A DNA stretch of 64,000 nt, taken from the NCBI RefSeq assembly GCF_002113885.1, contig NW_018403450.1, forward strand, positions 1,347,405-1,411,404, read 5' to 3'. Shown here piece after piece: positions 1 to 13,694 of the stretch. The notes beneath the pieces are model-generated. The model did not search any database, had not been told where the DNA came from, and was given only the letters and a program-made list of their open reading frames with translations. Made by a program: the position numbers and the translations under genes. The stretch is from Mizuhopecten yessoensis (Eukaryota). Numbering within the stretch: position 1 is the stretch's first letter; each line of letters starts with the position of its first letter.

Positions 1-19
1 CCCCCCAAATCCGCGCCTG
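1..19. mobile_element. Probable right terminus of a small non-autonomous DNA element cut by the window edge
   Basis: ccccccaaatccgcgcctg reads CAGGCGCGGATT on the minus strand. It resembles the CAGGGGCG terminus of the element at 61711-61989. Confidence 0.3.
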
Positions 20-693
20 CCTCTGTAGGCACATATACATGCATAGTCTCCATCTGAAATAAGTTACTAAAATAAAGACGGAATATATCATTTTTCCGGA
101 ATAGTTGTTCCGGCATCCCTCCCGGCAGTATTTGATCTCCAACAGCTCCCGCGCACCGGCTCGTCGATCGTATGATTGACGTGTGACACAAATAAATGTC
201 ATGTTTACCTGTACTAAATGCGATGCCACTTACAGGTAACACATGTATATGTGTCTATTACACATGTATTTCTATGACTTACAGGCATGGCATGGTGACT
301 GAATGAAAGCAGATCCTGAGCACGCATTTTATATTTAGCAAACCAATCAGACAGATTTATGTCTGTGTATAGAGTTAATGCCATTTTGAACATACATACA
401 TGCGGATATATTCCTTTTCCGTGTTAAATAACTAGATGTGTATCAACCATAAACTATTTACGTTCTATGGAGTTGGGAAAGGGTGTTTGTGGGAAATAGC
501 GGATAAGAAAAAGGGAACGTTGACATTTTCACTTGACACTTTTCGTAAATATCCCTCTACCATTGTTAAGCCTCTTTATGAAGCGAGAACTTTGCTTAAC
601 GAATAGTGGCAGTATTTCGAGGTTTGTGTAAACAACCTATTTCTACATTTTTACATGGTTTCTAGCTCTGTGCCCCTTTGGATGTTGCGCAGG

Positions 694-978
694 CTAGGGT
701 AGATCCAGATTGGTTTTCTGGGTTTTCAGGAAGGCCCCAACTAATCTCAAACCCACTATCAAGCACCCTCGATCCTCAGTCCCCGACCCAACCCTCGCTT
801 GTGATTCGTCATTCAAGAAATACAGTATGTTTTCCCATTTAGAATCTCTCCAATAAACTTTGAGGATATGATTTTGCAAAGAAGTACTCATATCATGTTC
901 AAGAACAACCTCTGACCCATACAGGCCGATGGTCTTCAACGTTACATCTATGACTTCACAATAAAGATAACGGCACAC
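694..978 (-). mobile_element. Possible decayed RTE-like LINE ORF2 fragment
   Basis: The translation contains GLYGSE and ILKVYWRD, reminiscent of the LLYGSETW...IL.I.W.D region C-terminal to RT in RTE elements. The match is weak and by eye only. Confidence 0.25.
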
Positions 979-1257
979 ACACCGGAATTAAAATGCTAGT
1001 TCATTTATGATACTGTGAATGCAAGGTATCGTTATTTCTTTATGTCCCTTGTATGATCGCTGAACGAATTTTCTCTTTAACACAAACAGTCAGACTTATG
1101 TACACTGTACAATGTACATGTAAACAACAACCTTATACGGCTTTTTCACCTTCTGTCGCCAAGACCGCTTTCAGTAGAGAACAGTGCAATCAATGTTCCT
1201 ATATAACGTGGACGTTCAATACTTTTAGTCATTCAAATTAGGAACAGAATAGGGAAA

Positions 1258-2210
1258 ACCTTTATTAAACACTCAGATAGAAACAAACAGTTCATGAGCA
1301 ACATACGTAATACATAATAGACAGCACTGCATTAGGTAAGTTAGCCTGGAGACTGAAATGTTTGCATAACACATTTCCGAAAGTTACAAAAGTTTTTCAA
1401 CAATTTCATTTTAGTTACATGTATACAAAATAGTTAACGGTACTAAATAGAGTTTTGAAACTGGAAATAATATCCGGGAATATATTTACATCTTCCAGTA
1501 CAAAAAAAAGCTGCATTCAAATACATAGTGGTATTCATCACCAATAACTTGTTGATCACAAAGGGAACATATACGTTCATCCCTAGGATTAATTCCCCAT
1601 CTACCAACTTCAACAGGAAGTCGTTGGTCACATGATAGTGATCTAGCTTTACATTCTTTTAAACATTCCGTTGTATACACTTTTATCAGAATGATACACT
1701 GTAGTATGCCATAGTTGTAAATAACCCGAGTCAGGTTCGTATTATGTAATGGACAACCATACGAAGCTGAAGCCAGTTTCATTGAAAACATTTTTAACAA
1801 AAGTTGACCATTTATGGGTATAAGAACCACTTATATGATCGGTAAATATGGCTTTATACATACGGTAAGATAATTTTTATTCTTACCATTTATATATTTA
1901 AGCCAGAAACCTTTAAAACGATTGTTAATATAAACTGTTAAAGGAAAACGACACAAACCACCTTTTAACATGTGCAAAGGTGTACTTCTTTCAACATTAA
2001 TAATACTTCGAAGAAAATCCGAATGTACTTTTTCAATAATTGAGCAACTTCCATAACCCCAAATCGCACAACCATATAACAGTATTGGTAAGTTTGTCAG
2101 ATCAATAAGTTTAATCTGACAATCAATTGGCAAATTTAAATTCAGGATCCTTGATTTCAATGAAACATCACCGTAGTGGCCTGATCGTTTATAATTATGC
2201 TTCATTGCTG
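1258..2210 (-). mobile_element. 5'-truncated decayed LINE, ORF2 C-terminal region (RTEX-like, clade tentative)
   Basis: The frameshifted ORFs 1831-2205 and 1443-1830 give PILLYGCAIWG, TPLHMLKGGLCRFPL, RLPVEVGRW and ICSLC...GDEYHYVFEC (CCHC-type). AATAAA lies on the minus strand at 1261-1266. Confidence 0.8.
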
Positions 2211-3102
2211 ATGAAAGGGAAAGTTTTAAACTGATAATGATTGCTACATGTCAATTGCTTTTTCAGCAAAGTTATGAACACATCTGTTGTTATCTCGAAA
2301 TGTAAACTATATATACCGATCAAATAGAAATCAAACATGATTACACATCAAAGGGATCAATCTCCGAAAATATAAAACAAAATGTTGGGAGAAAGTGTTG
2401 CATATACGGTTTACATGAGAAGCCAATTTAGGACGTGTTTATCACCTGATCAAGGAACTTTGTAAATGTTTCAAAAACACGTTTGTCAACGTCATCTGAG
2501 TTCTAGAATTACGCTTTATAATGTAAGATTGTTCTTATATGAAGTTAGATAGATGAAACGCTGTGCACAACTTAGGGAAATATATAATGTACCTGACGGA
2601 TTGTTTACGGAACTATCGCCCTTTATATAACTAACGTCCGCGGCTCCTTTTTTTCCAAGGAATTTGTTATATGTGTTTTGAATTATTTTTATTTAATACC
2701 ATTTCTTGCACATTTAAGTGAATTAATATTTTACCATAGTAGCATACATGTTAAGTATAGGCCACTGGCCTGAGACTTGTATGCCCATCATCATGTAGTC
2801 TAATGGCCAGTACAAGCTAGCCTACTGACCGGCACAAGGAGCCCGATATACTTAAGTAAAAAAGGTTGTTCACCATGTATCTTGTCCATTTCGTCTACCA
2901 GTAAATTACCAAATAAACGGCGGAACGGAACAAGAGCAGTGATACTAATAGTTTACCTAGCTCGTCTTGTCCATTTTCCGGAACACCCCTCTTCGACATG
3001 ATATGATCTTGTTAACAAGTTTTTGTTTTTACGTCTTCGAGCTTAATGGCTGTTAATAAGGCATTACCGTTAATTAATCGTTCTAAGCGAACTTTGGAAA
3101 AG

Positions 3103-3214
3103 TATAAATACGGAAACAGGTTCAGATAAGGGTGTACTCTCAAGTTACCAGAATACGGGAAACTAACAAAAGGGCTGTTATTGAGGAACAGTTATAACTG
3201 GAACAAAACGCAAG
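3103..3214 (+). promoter_or_regulatory. TATA box and non-coding exon 1 of glycine-rich gene 1
   Basis: TATAAATA at 3103-3110, donor AAG|gtaaat after 3214, and a matching acceptor tcctttcag ending at 3589, just upstream of ATG 3611. Confidence 0.65.
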
Positions 3215-3610
3215 GTAAATGTGTATTTGTATCTGTTTAATACTTCTGAATAGATCAAGTATCATGTTAATTTTATATAAATGAAACCAGACATCAAATT
3301 GTATTGTGTAGGATCTAATGAACGTATGACTGAGTTTGCTTCATAAATAATACAGATTCGTTGTTATCACAAATACTTTTTGCATTAATTCAGAAAGGAT
3401 TCATTACAGTTATAGTACAATATCTTAGACTGCCTGTTTGTTTTCCTCATTTTCCTGTAATTAAGCTTTAAGATCAGAATCTGTATACATGACTTTAATA
3501 AGATTTCTTTGCACAATAATGTAAATATATTATTCTATCGAACGTTTCTGTGACAATTTACATTTACATGTGTACCGCCATCCTTTCAGAGTACCAAAAC
3601 CACAGCAGAT

Positions 3611-6600
3611 ATGAAGACTTCGCTGATAATTTTGACCGCTTTGTTGGCTGTCACCTTTGGAAATGATCATTTCGGTAAGAATTTATATGAATATTTTTTT
3701 AGATATCAAGGTAAACAATCGCGCATGTTCCGTCTTACTCTAAGAAAATTCATCAAAATCAAAATTCCTGAAAAAAAGACGTACCTTTTAAAAATCATCT
3801 TTTTATATTTTCTCCCGTGTGCAACTGTTCCTAGTTGTGTTCCGGAAAAAAATGTTTAGAATAAGTAACAATTACGCCTGATATTTCTGGAAGCCGAACA
3901 TTCTGGAGTATATTTGTAACATGTATACATTCATACGAGCAAAATACTGCCAAACATTGTTATCATAGACTTGTACACAACGAATATCTCGTCATTTTGA
4001 TTTTTTTATCATTGATTTGAAATTACACGGAAAATAATTAAAGTATTACCTATGTTAATGCCACGACACGTTTGTAATATGCGACGGTAAATACAATTTC
4101 TTGAATCTTAAATCTTGAAACATTGTGAAAGGTGATTCAACTATGGCTTGATATCATTATAAACGGTGCTACACAGACGCAGGTATAAACCTGTTTTTTT
4201 TACATAACGTTTCACTTGTAGACGACAATGGTTTCATTGACGGTGGTCAAATTATCGGTGGAATCGGGGGCATCAGCGATGGCATCGACCATTTCGGCAT
4301 GAACGGTATCGACGATTTTGGTAATGGTGGTTTCATTGGAGGCGGTATAGGTGGACATGGGGGTGGAATAGGTCACGGGGGCATCGGAGGGAGCATTGGC
4401 GGAGGACGAATTATCGGAGGGGGGATAGCAGGAGTCGGAGGAATTAGGGGTATTGGGGTTGGTCATGACGATCTGGGTGGCATGGGAGGTTTCGATGACA
4501 TGGGTTTTGATAATGGACGCGGGGTTGGTATAATTGGAGGCGGAATCCGGGGTATTGGGGGTGGACACGGGGGTGGTATAATTGGAGGAGGAATCGGGGG
4601 TATTGGGGGTGGACATGGGGGTAGTATGATTGGAGGAGGAATCGGGGGTATTGGGGGTGGACATGGGGGTGGTATGATTGGAGGAGGAATCGGGGGTATT
4701 GGGGGTGGACATGGAGGTGGTATAATTGGAGGAGGAATCGGGGGTATTGGTAGTGGACATGGGGGTGGTATAATTGGAGGAGGAATCGGGGGTATTGGAG
4801 GTGGACATGGGGGTGGTATTATTGGAGGAGGAATCGGGGGTATTGGGGGAAGGCATGGGGGTGGTATAATCGGAAGAGGAATCGGGGGTATTGGGGGTAG
4901 ACATGGGGGTGGTGTTATTGGGAGTGGGATGCTCGGCGTCGGTGGCATTCGTGGAGGTATAGGACAGATGGGACCGTACTACGGAGGCTACGGCAGGACA
5001 GGCGGCGTCATGGGAGGAAGTAAGTACTTCGTCTCACCTTATATTATTGTAAAACATATGTGTACATTGTAATATTTGAATTCGAAAAGAGTTGAAGGTG
5101 TCTGAATGTAATTTGCTTGAGATGAAAACTTAATAATTCGAACTGGTACATAAGATGTTTCGGAGTATCAAACTTAATCAATCCAGTGCTTATTTCGATA
5201 ATAATGGGAAGAAAACGAAAAGACTACATTAATGTTGAAAACTTCAGGTATGCTGGCGTCTCCAACTTATTTTGCTTTTGTTATTTTAGTTAATACCAAT
5301 ACCGGAAGGGGCGGAGTAATTGGCGGAGGGGTACGCGGGTTTGGAGTTGGACGAATAAATGGCGGTTTTGATGATATGAGCAAAGGTTACAGCAAAGGGT
5401 ACAGCAAGGGATACAGCAAAGGGAACGGACCTGTAATTAGACAACGTGTTCTTCCCCGAGTTCAGCCAAGGATCCAGTATCAACCACAAATCCGCATGCC
5501 CTCCTACAATAGAGGTAGGGTTTTCTGTATTACTCTGTTTTACTATTGTGTTCGTCAAATTCAGGATCACACTCTTTCTAAAAAAATCTGCCTTTTCAAT
5601 AAATAAAACAATTAAACTGATTTATACTAATTGAAAATATATTAGAAAACATGCATTAGTTAAAGTAATGTTTTGATCCAAAGTGGAAAGTCTAACTAAA
5701 ACAACCGCACTAATACGGTGTAGGATAGCGTATAACTTAAATACCCAATGACTAGGAATAAGAAAGATAATTTTATTTCCCGTTCTAAGATAGATATTTG
5801 ATTTACAAAACCGCTTTGAGTGTAGATATTCAACTAATATGATGTTTTCCTATACTATTTGTTTTTCATAAAAGTGCATTATTGCATAATGTATATATAT
5901 GTAGGTGATGTATTTATTGATGTTCGAACATTTGTTGGCCCTTATGACCGTTGTAATAATAATACTAATAGTAGTATTCATTGATAAAATACTTGACAAT
6001 ATATTAACATTATTTACCTAAAACAAAAAGTCAGGAAAAATACTTTTGCAGAAATTTTTAATATATAATCGCTACCTTTCTTAAAATGTAAATGCAGCCT
6101 TACTAATTAAACACATTATCTATTCTCCTATACTTATCGTACTGTCCTCCTCTTTACGAACAGGAATCGCTGGAATGGGAAGAATGCCATACACCAAGGG
6201 AGTTCCATATCAGTCCCGCTCTCTAGGGATCGGTGGTTTCCGTCGCCCCTCGAAGGGAATGGGAGGAATCGGGATGGGAAGTTTGGGGGTCCCGATGTAT
6301 CCCCAGAGGACCATGACAAGGGGCAGCCTCAGTTTCGGAGCGAACAGACCTAGTTCCAAAGGCTATTCAAAGGGCTACTATTCCAAGGGGTACTCCAAGG
6401 GTGAGGCTTTTATCTTTATATTTTTAATTTGATTTCATTTCATTTTAAAAAATATACGGAGCGTGAAAATATCGCATGGAATCAAACATAAATGTTACAG
6501 CGAATGCTGCAGAATGGATATAATGCGAATGCATTGCTAGTTATTATCCCATTGAATTGATATTTACACAAAAAAATATTCGCCAAAAAGAATGACGGTT

Positions 6601-7907
6601 CATTTTTGTTTGTAATCCTATTGCTTTGTTCTGTTTATGATGTGATTGATAACTGTGGTCCACATTTCATTCCATTGACAACTGTGGTCCACAGTTCATT
6701 CCATTGATAACTGTGGTCTACAGTTCATTCCATTGATAACTGTGGTCCACAGTTCATCCCATTGACAACTGTGGTCCACAGTTCATTCCAGTGATAACTG
6801 TGGTCCTCATTTCATTCCATTGATAACTGTGGTCCACAGCTTATTCCATTGATAACTGTGGTCCACAGCTTATTCCATTGATAACTGTGGTCCACAGCTT
6901 ATTCCATTGATAACTGTGGTCCACACCTCATTCCATTGATAACTGTGGTCCACAGCTTATTCCATTGATAACTGTGGTCCACAGTTCATCCCATTGATAA
7001 CTGTGGTCCACAGTTCATCCCATTGATAACTGTGGTCCACAGTTCATCCCATTGATAACTGTGGTCCACAGTTCATCCCATTGATAACTGTGGTCCACAG
7101 TTCATCCCATTGACCACTGTGGTCCACAGTTCATTCCAGTGAGAACTGTGGTCCACATTTCATTCCATTGACTACTGTGGTCCATAGTTCATTCCATTGA
7201 TAACTGTGGTTCACATTTCATTCCATTGATACCTGTGGTCCACATTTCATCCCATTGGTGACTGTGTCCCCAGTTCATCCCAGTGATGACTGTGGTCCAC
7301 ATTTCATTCCATTGATAACTGTGGTCCACAGCTCATTCCATTGATAACTGTGGTCCACAGTTCATTCCAGTGATAACTTTGGTCCACAGTTCATTCCAGT
7401 GATGACTGACTGTGGTCCACATTTTATCCTATTGGTAACTGTGGTCCACAGTTCATTCCATTGATAACTGTGGTCCACGTTTCGTCAGTGTTTCAGTGTT
7501 TGATTCAACATGTTTGCATCATATCAAAAAGCAAAATTCTACAACAGCGCGCAGTCGTTCAATAACTTACAAATGTATGCCTCTGTGTAGTTAGTTACAT
7601 GTGCGATAACCACAAAACTGAATTTTAAATAAAGCTACGGTTTAGAGTTTTATAATTTAATGCGTGTCACCTTATTAATCTGCCTACAAAGTCACCGGTT
7701 ATAAACTGCGCTGGATAGTGAAAGTTATAATAGAAAAAGACGGGTAATATATATTTATATCCAAATGTGGTCTACATGTTCCGTTTTTGTAATATGTAAT
7801 ATGTGATATGTAAAATGTATATGACAAAACCGATCAAACCAAATCTGTAAGGTCTTTGGACAAGCATCAATCTCTGTCTCTCTTCTGATACAGGTAGAAG
7901 CTATTAG
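3611..7907 (+). CDS. Secreted Gly/Ile/His-rich repeat protein, gene 1 (445 aa; putative shell/periostracum or other extracellular structural protein)
   Basis: join(3611-3674,4222-5019,5290-5514,6164-6400,7894-7907). All introns are GT-AG and phase 1, the frame is continuous, and the total is 1338 nt. Signal peptide MKTSLIILTALLAVTFG, acidic DD-rich N-terminal part, about 8 x GGGHGGGIIGGGIGGI, then a basic tail with YSKG repeats ending GRSY*. AATAAA at 8417-8422. Confidence 0.88.
6645..7478. repeat. 29-bp tandem repeat (~29 copies) in the last intron of gene 1
   Basis: Unit ttcattccattgataactgtggtccacag, with an internal palindrome aactgtgg-t-ccacagtt. Confidence 0.95.
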
Positions 7908-10900
7908 ACATGGTTGACGATGTCCCGCCTCAGGCGGAGCAGACGACAGGAGCAGACGACATCCAGTGTCATGGTGACAATGGCGTATATTTCCATTATG
8001 ACTGGTCACTTCAGGTGATCAGGAGTTCAACGGACAGGACCTAGGTGTTGGATTAACGACACTTTGATTTATGGCTTACCGACACAAATGGGAAATCGTG
8101 GCTGTAAATAAGTTTCTGGAGCACAACTACACGAAACTGTGGCTATATTTACACCGATACTAGACAATACATATAGCAGGATTATCTTATACGAATTATG
8201 ATGTCAGAGGAATTATACGTAAACATTAATTTTGTATGAAAAGCTATGTCTGGAAAATGAATGCATTATTTCTTGTATTTACATTATTATTCAATTTTTA
8301 AGATATATATGGCAATTTTAATCACATAAACACTATTTTTATCAATATACTTTGTTTGTTATTAACAATGTACTCCACCCATATGTATATAAACATTGAT
8401 ATGTATGCATCTTATTAATAAAGGTTAATTGCATTTTATGTATATGAGTGTCTTTTATGTCACTTCACTTGCTACCAAGAAAGAGATTACTGAAATGTTT
8501 TAGTAGACATAACAAGGAACCTGATTGACTCACTGCATGTAGCACTCACGTGATCATCTTCGAAAATTGTTACTGATTAATTATTTTGCACGAAGCTAGA
8601 AAGAAAATTGGTATACTTGAAAAACTTACTCGTTCTTCATTCAAATAAATATTTAGGTTCTTTCCCCTTTATGGAATTCTGAACTGTTTGTTTGAATCAA
8701 GTCTTTCCTCGTATTTGTCCACATAAAACATGGATGGAATTTGCTACACAACGGACGGCCTCTAATGCTGTGTAAAACTCAACTTTATATATTGATGCTG
8801 GCAAAAAGTATCGGTGAATCTCTTATTTCTTATAAAATATGAACATTCTAAATTCTTCTACAAAAAACGCACAGACCTTTCATCACATTTTATTAAAATT
8901 GATGTTTCTATAAGCACAGAGAATAACAAGTATTAACTTATTCCGCGATAAGGTTAAGAAATGCTTTAATGTTCATGTGAATATTAATCCTCAGTAATTG
9001 CGTGAAGTGTCACAACAAATCCGTTTTTCATCAACAACAGGACTTCCTCAAGCCATTTGCTCAGAACGAAAACAACTCTCATTAAGGGGGACATTTTAAA
9101 TGACAACATCGTCTGTTTATCAAAGCGTTCTGCTGCCAAAATGACACGTTGGAATCCTTCTTTGGTGCTAGACCGAAGTGAGTATGAAAATGAAATGATA
9201 AAATAAGATGGAAAGTGGAGTTTGAACGTTGTTAGCGGTAAGACAGGTTGAAATTAAAACAAGGGACAGTAAACACATTCACATAAGTGAATACTCTTAT
9301 AAAAATGCAATGTCTTAGATCGTTTACTAATCAGTTGGTCTTTGTTAATCTTTCTTTAGTTCCTACTTTGCCTCGATGCCATCGCGGTCTGACCATGGGT
9401 TTGTTGTACTAAACATCTTATAGGTAGACATTCATTGACAACTAAACAAAAAGCATTTATCGGACATTTTACACCTGGGATCTAGCTCATGATCTTCAAA
9501 TCAGTTTATATCAATTAGCTTAAAAAAAATCTCTGCTTACTTCAGAAAATAATAACTAAAGTCTAGTGGCAGAATTCTGCAATACACATCACCGTGATAC
9601 ACATATGAAGCGGAGTAACTCTAGTCAAAAGTATATTAGTTCTGGCTTTCCTATAGCACAGCACTATTTTTCTCTGTAGATCAGAAAAATATTACTGTCT
9701 ATTTCTTGAGATGGAATGACACCTCACATGTCCTCCCTTGCCATGGAAATTGCGTCGAAAGCTGAAAAGTGTGCAGTTACTGTGTTAAGTAGCATGTAAA
9801 TGATCGGTGTAGTGAAAACGATAAATCACTCATGCCTGATGCTGACAGAGATATTACCTTGTCTACTTCACAGCGAGCAGACATAGTCTATTAACCTTAT
9901 AACTCTTTCTGTAAGATAGACTCATCCCAAATGATACTCCGGTCATTTGAGGTGGAAGAAATGGCTCTTTCCCATGGTATGACACGAGGGGCGGTTTGCG
10001 CATCCATTTACATTACTTGTTGATAAGTTTTTCCGCCGAGTTACATCATGTTATAAACATGTGATGCCTTGTTCATAATCAGAATGTTACTAACATGTTC
10101 TACGAACACTTCTTAAAATAAGTTTACAGTGTAAATTGTAATTGACTCTATAACATATATTGGCCTAGTATTGCTGCCCCCTGATTTCGCACGCATACAA
10201 TTTAGTGATAGGTCAAAGGAATGCTAACAATGTTTCGCAGAAACTCGTTTAAATTACGAAATTCGTTATGATATCAATAACATATGGAAAAAATGGTTTT
10301 TGTTCTTGCTATGATATCAAATACGTTGAAGTTGAACGCTGTTCTAGGAATGTAGTTTTATTCGGCCAAACAAATACGCTGTTTGCATATACAAAGTAAC
10401 TAATTATATCAGGTTTCACATTCTGTTTTCTTTCGTTTATTGATATATAGCTACATTTGAACTTCGGTAAATTTGACCTAATTGCCGTCGCCGATTAATC
10501 AGTACACCAATCGCTGCATTACATTTTGCACTAAAAATGTTACTGTATTAACTCTTGAAGTGCTCAATAACAACACAGTATTATGTCACGCCACATATCA
10601 CCATCCATTGAGACGTGATACTAATTAACGACGAACATTCAGAAACAAATACCATGTGTTAATCATTGGTATCAAATCACGCTTAAAAGCCTTCATACTT
10701 TCCATCTTGTTAGCCTTTCTTTGAAAACGATTATTTTCTTTTATTGAGAACAGATATCAAGGGGTTTAAAAATAAAGAAATATATATATAATGCGATAGC
10801 TGCATTCTGCTATTTGTAAGCATATTAGTAAGTGTCTCTTCCATTCATTGAATTTACAGTTTGTCCTACATCAAACAACTGTGGCACTTCGTGCAAATAC

Positions 10901-13511
10901 AAAGGTAAATTATTACTGTAGATTTTGATTTCTTTTTATAATTCGCTCTTTGTTTGACTTTATTCAAATGTATATGCAATATTGTTAACACAAAAGTACA
11001 AACTGAGGAGAAACCTAAAGAAAATAGAATGTATCTAGAGCCAGATTACAAAATGAGGAGGAATTGTTAAAACGAGGAGTTAGTTCAACCAAAAACAGTC
11101 TTCCGTTTTTAAAATTCATCTTACCTTATTCAAAATGTTACAACATATTAAGAAAGTATATACATGTTTCATTATTCTGGTCGTGTATTTGATCACCGTA
11201 TATTGTCAGCTTGATATGAGAAGTGTGACATATTACACAACAGTCGTCGAACCTGGACACGGTATCTCCATTCATACAGTCCCGTCTGTCAGACTGCTGT
11301 CAGCCCTACACTCGTACCTTTGTGACGTACACTCGTACCTCTGTGACGTAACGCGACATTACATCCCGTAATGGCTGTGTGAGAATTGCTCATCGAATAT
11401 ATTATTATATGAAAACTAATACTGGAATGGAATTAAAATACACATCTTCCCTGGCAGTATTCCAAAATAAAACAATGTTGTGGGACAATAAAACTAATTA
11501 AAAACAATGTACAAGTATTGTTGAACTTCACTGCTCTTAATATGTACAGTGCTATATTGTATTATTAGAGTGTTTGTGTGATTTGTAAATGTAATGTTCA
11601 TGATATATTGAAAAACTTAACTTCTTATAACATGTATTACTGATTTAAGTAAATATGTTCACTAGTCTTGTATTTGGTGGCTTAAAAAGTATTATGTAAA
11701 TGAAAGGTATTGTAAAGCATACGTATTGAATATTTCACTATAAACTCATACTATTTAGTGATGATTATATCTGTATTGAACATTACGTATGTAATGATTG
11801 TATCGTGTGTAAACAACTTAAAATTGGATAAACATACAAAAAACATACATATTTATATTCATTAAAGTGTAATGAAAGCTGTATTTGTATTAGAGTTTAT
11901 ATGGTTCGATGTGTATGAATTGCGTTATTGAAAAATATTGATTCATTTCGTTTTTCTTTCATTTGTTTTTCAATTTTCGACTGAAATATATTTATATAAG
12001 GTATACGGCACAATTCATGAGAACTTATTGACATCCTAAATTTACCAATACGTGGTACCCTAAGATGACAAATATCTATTTACATGAATGCATAACATAC
12101 TTTATTATAACCAAAATTATAATATAATAATTAAATTGCGGTCCATCGAAAGAAGTGTATTCATTTACATATGTTCTGAATGGAATTAAATATCCAAGAC
12201 ACTCGAACCTTGGAAAAGGATATGCGTTCTATTGATGAAAAATGACACTTGATATTATTATGAAATTTTCACTCAGATATCCAGTAACGGATCTTGACTT
12301 GCTTTGTAATCTAAATTATTTTTGTATGAATTATATTTCATTTAGATGTCTCAGTATTAACAATAGGAAACCAAAACACAGCGTCCTAAATTTTAACTCA
12401 TCTAAATTTCTGTTTCCTATACCCGTACGAATTTTGTTGATAGATATGTTTCATCAGGCCTAGGCTAAAGTAATATTGAGGTATTTTGATAGGAGTGAGG
12501 ACAAAATGTTAATCTGATGAAATTTACTTTTTTTCCCCAAAATATGTATATGAGCATACACAGATGTTATCTTGTCAATTATATTTAATATGCTTATCAC
12601 GTGGACTACCCTATGTTGCGTTAAAATATATCAACTGGTATTAACAAATTCAGACAAATGTATGCCAGTAAGTCTGAATTTTATCTACTTAAGTGTACAT
12701 GCTAACTAAATGAGTACTGTTATGATATGCCGAATTGTTTCCACATCGACAAAAAAGTTTGTATTTGTTTGCTCTTTTTTTAAATATTTTTTCGTGTTTT
12801 AATCAGCTGAAGTATACAAATGAAGTTAACAGGTTTCTATCGTTCATCACAGTTGACCTTAAAACGAATCGGTATTACGGATTTTCATTCATCATTAAGT
12901 CCATCGCTTTAAAGGCCTTTGCTGTTGCTAATAAGTACTACTCTAAGCAGAAAAGCAAAATAAATCTCCCAACATTCATTCAGCCGTTAATGTGGATTTC
13001 CTGATGGAATTCGAAATACCGATATTTAGTATAGCGAGTAATGTTTTGGATCGAGCGTCGCCAACGGGAAACCTTTCATATTTTATTTCAAGGGACCGCC
13101 GACATCGGGCTATCTAACTACTTCGCCGGGCTTTAAACAGTTAATATCGAAAATTAAGAAAAACCCAGATAAATATGAAAAAGATTAATGTTTTCAGCCA
13201 TAAAAATGAAGAGTTCCATTTTATTGCAACAATTCTATCATATTTACATGCAAACCCTACTGAAGAATATGAGGAATGGAGCTTTTTCAGCAAACAAAAT
13301 TGTTGAAATTCAGCAACGTTTCCAAATAATATTAAAGCATATATTCCCTATTTTCAGATAGAATAACATTTACACGAAATATATTCAGCAATAGATGTAA
13401 TAAAGCCATACGTATTTAAATCAACATTTACCAATGTAGAGTGTTCTATCCATTTATCTATGTGCTCCCATTTTTCTACTTTAAAAACATATTAAGTTGT
13501 AAAAACACTGA

Positions 13512-13694
13512 AGAACATCTAACATTACATTCATTGTCTTACAACGCACCTCTGTATTACGTAAACGTTTCACTTAATTCTCTTGCCATTGTCCGGAGGG
13601 GTTGACCAGTGAGAGGTTTGTCTGCTCTGCCCCTATATAAGACAGACACGGACACTGTTGGACATCATTCCCTGACTGGACAACCCCTGAGGAG
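13512..13694 (+). promoter_or_regulatory. Core promoter and non-coding exon 1 of copy A
   Basis: TATATAA 13634-13640, Inr-like TCATTC 13665-13670, donor GAG|gtatgt after 13694. The block is conserved upstream of all three copies. Confidence 0.75.

Noticed and set aside
4212-4948. Minus-strand Ser/Thr/Pro-rich and Pro/Ile/Cys-rich ORFs (also at 15139-16109, 29959-30981 and 44322-45338)
   Set aside because: These are antisense shadows of GGN-rich codons. The signal peptide, splice sites, promoter and polyA signal all support the + strand.
6645-7478. CRISPR-like appearance of the palindromic 29-bp repeats
   Set aside because: The units are head-to-tail with no unique spacers, there are no cas genes, and the context is a eukaryotic intron.
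8500-11850. Possible additional gene between gene 1 and copy A
   Set aside because: Only short AT-rich ORFs are present, with no recognisable domain or coherent exon chain. Small exons could have been missed by eye.
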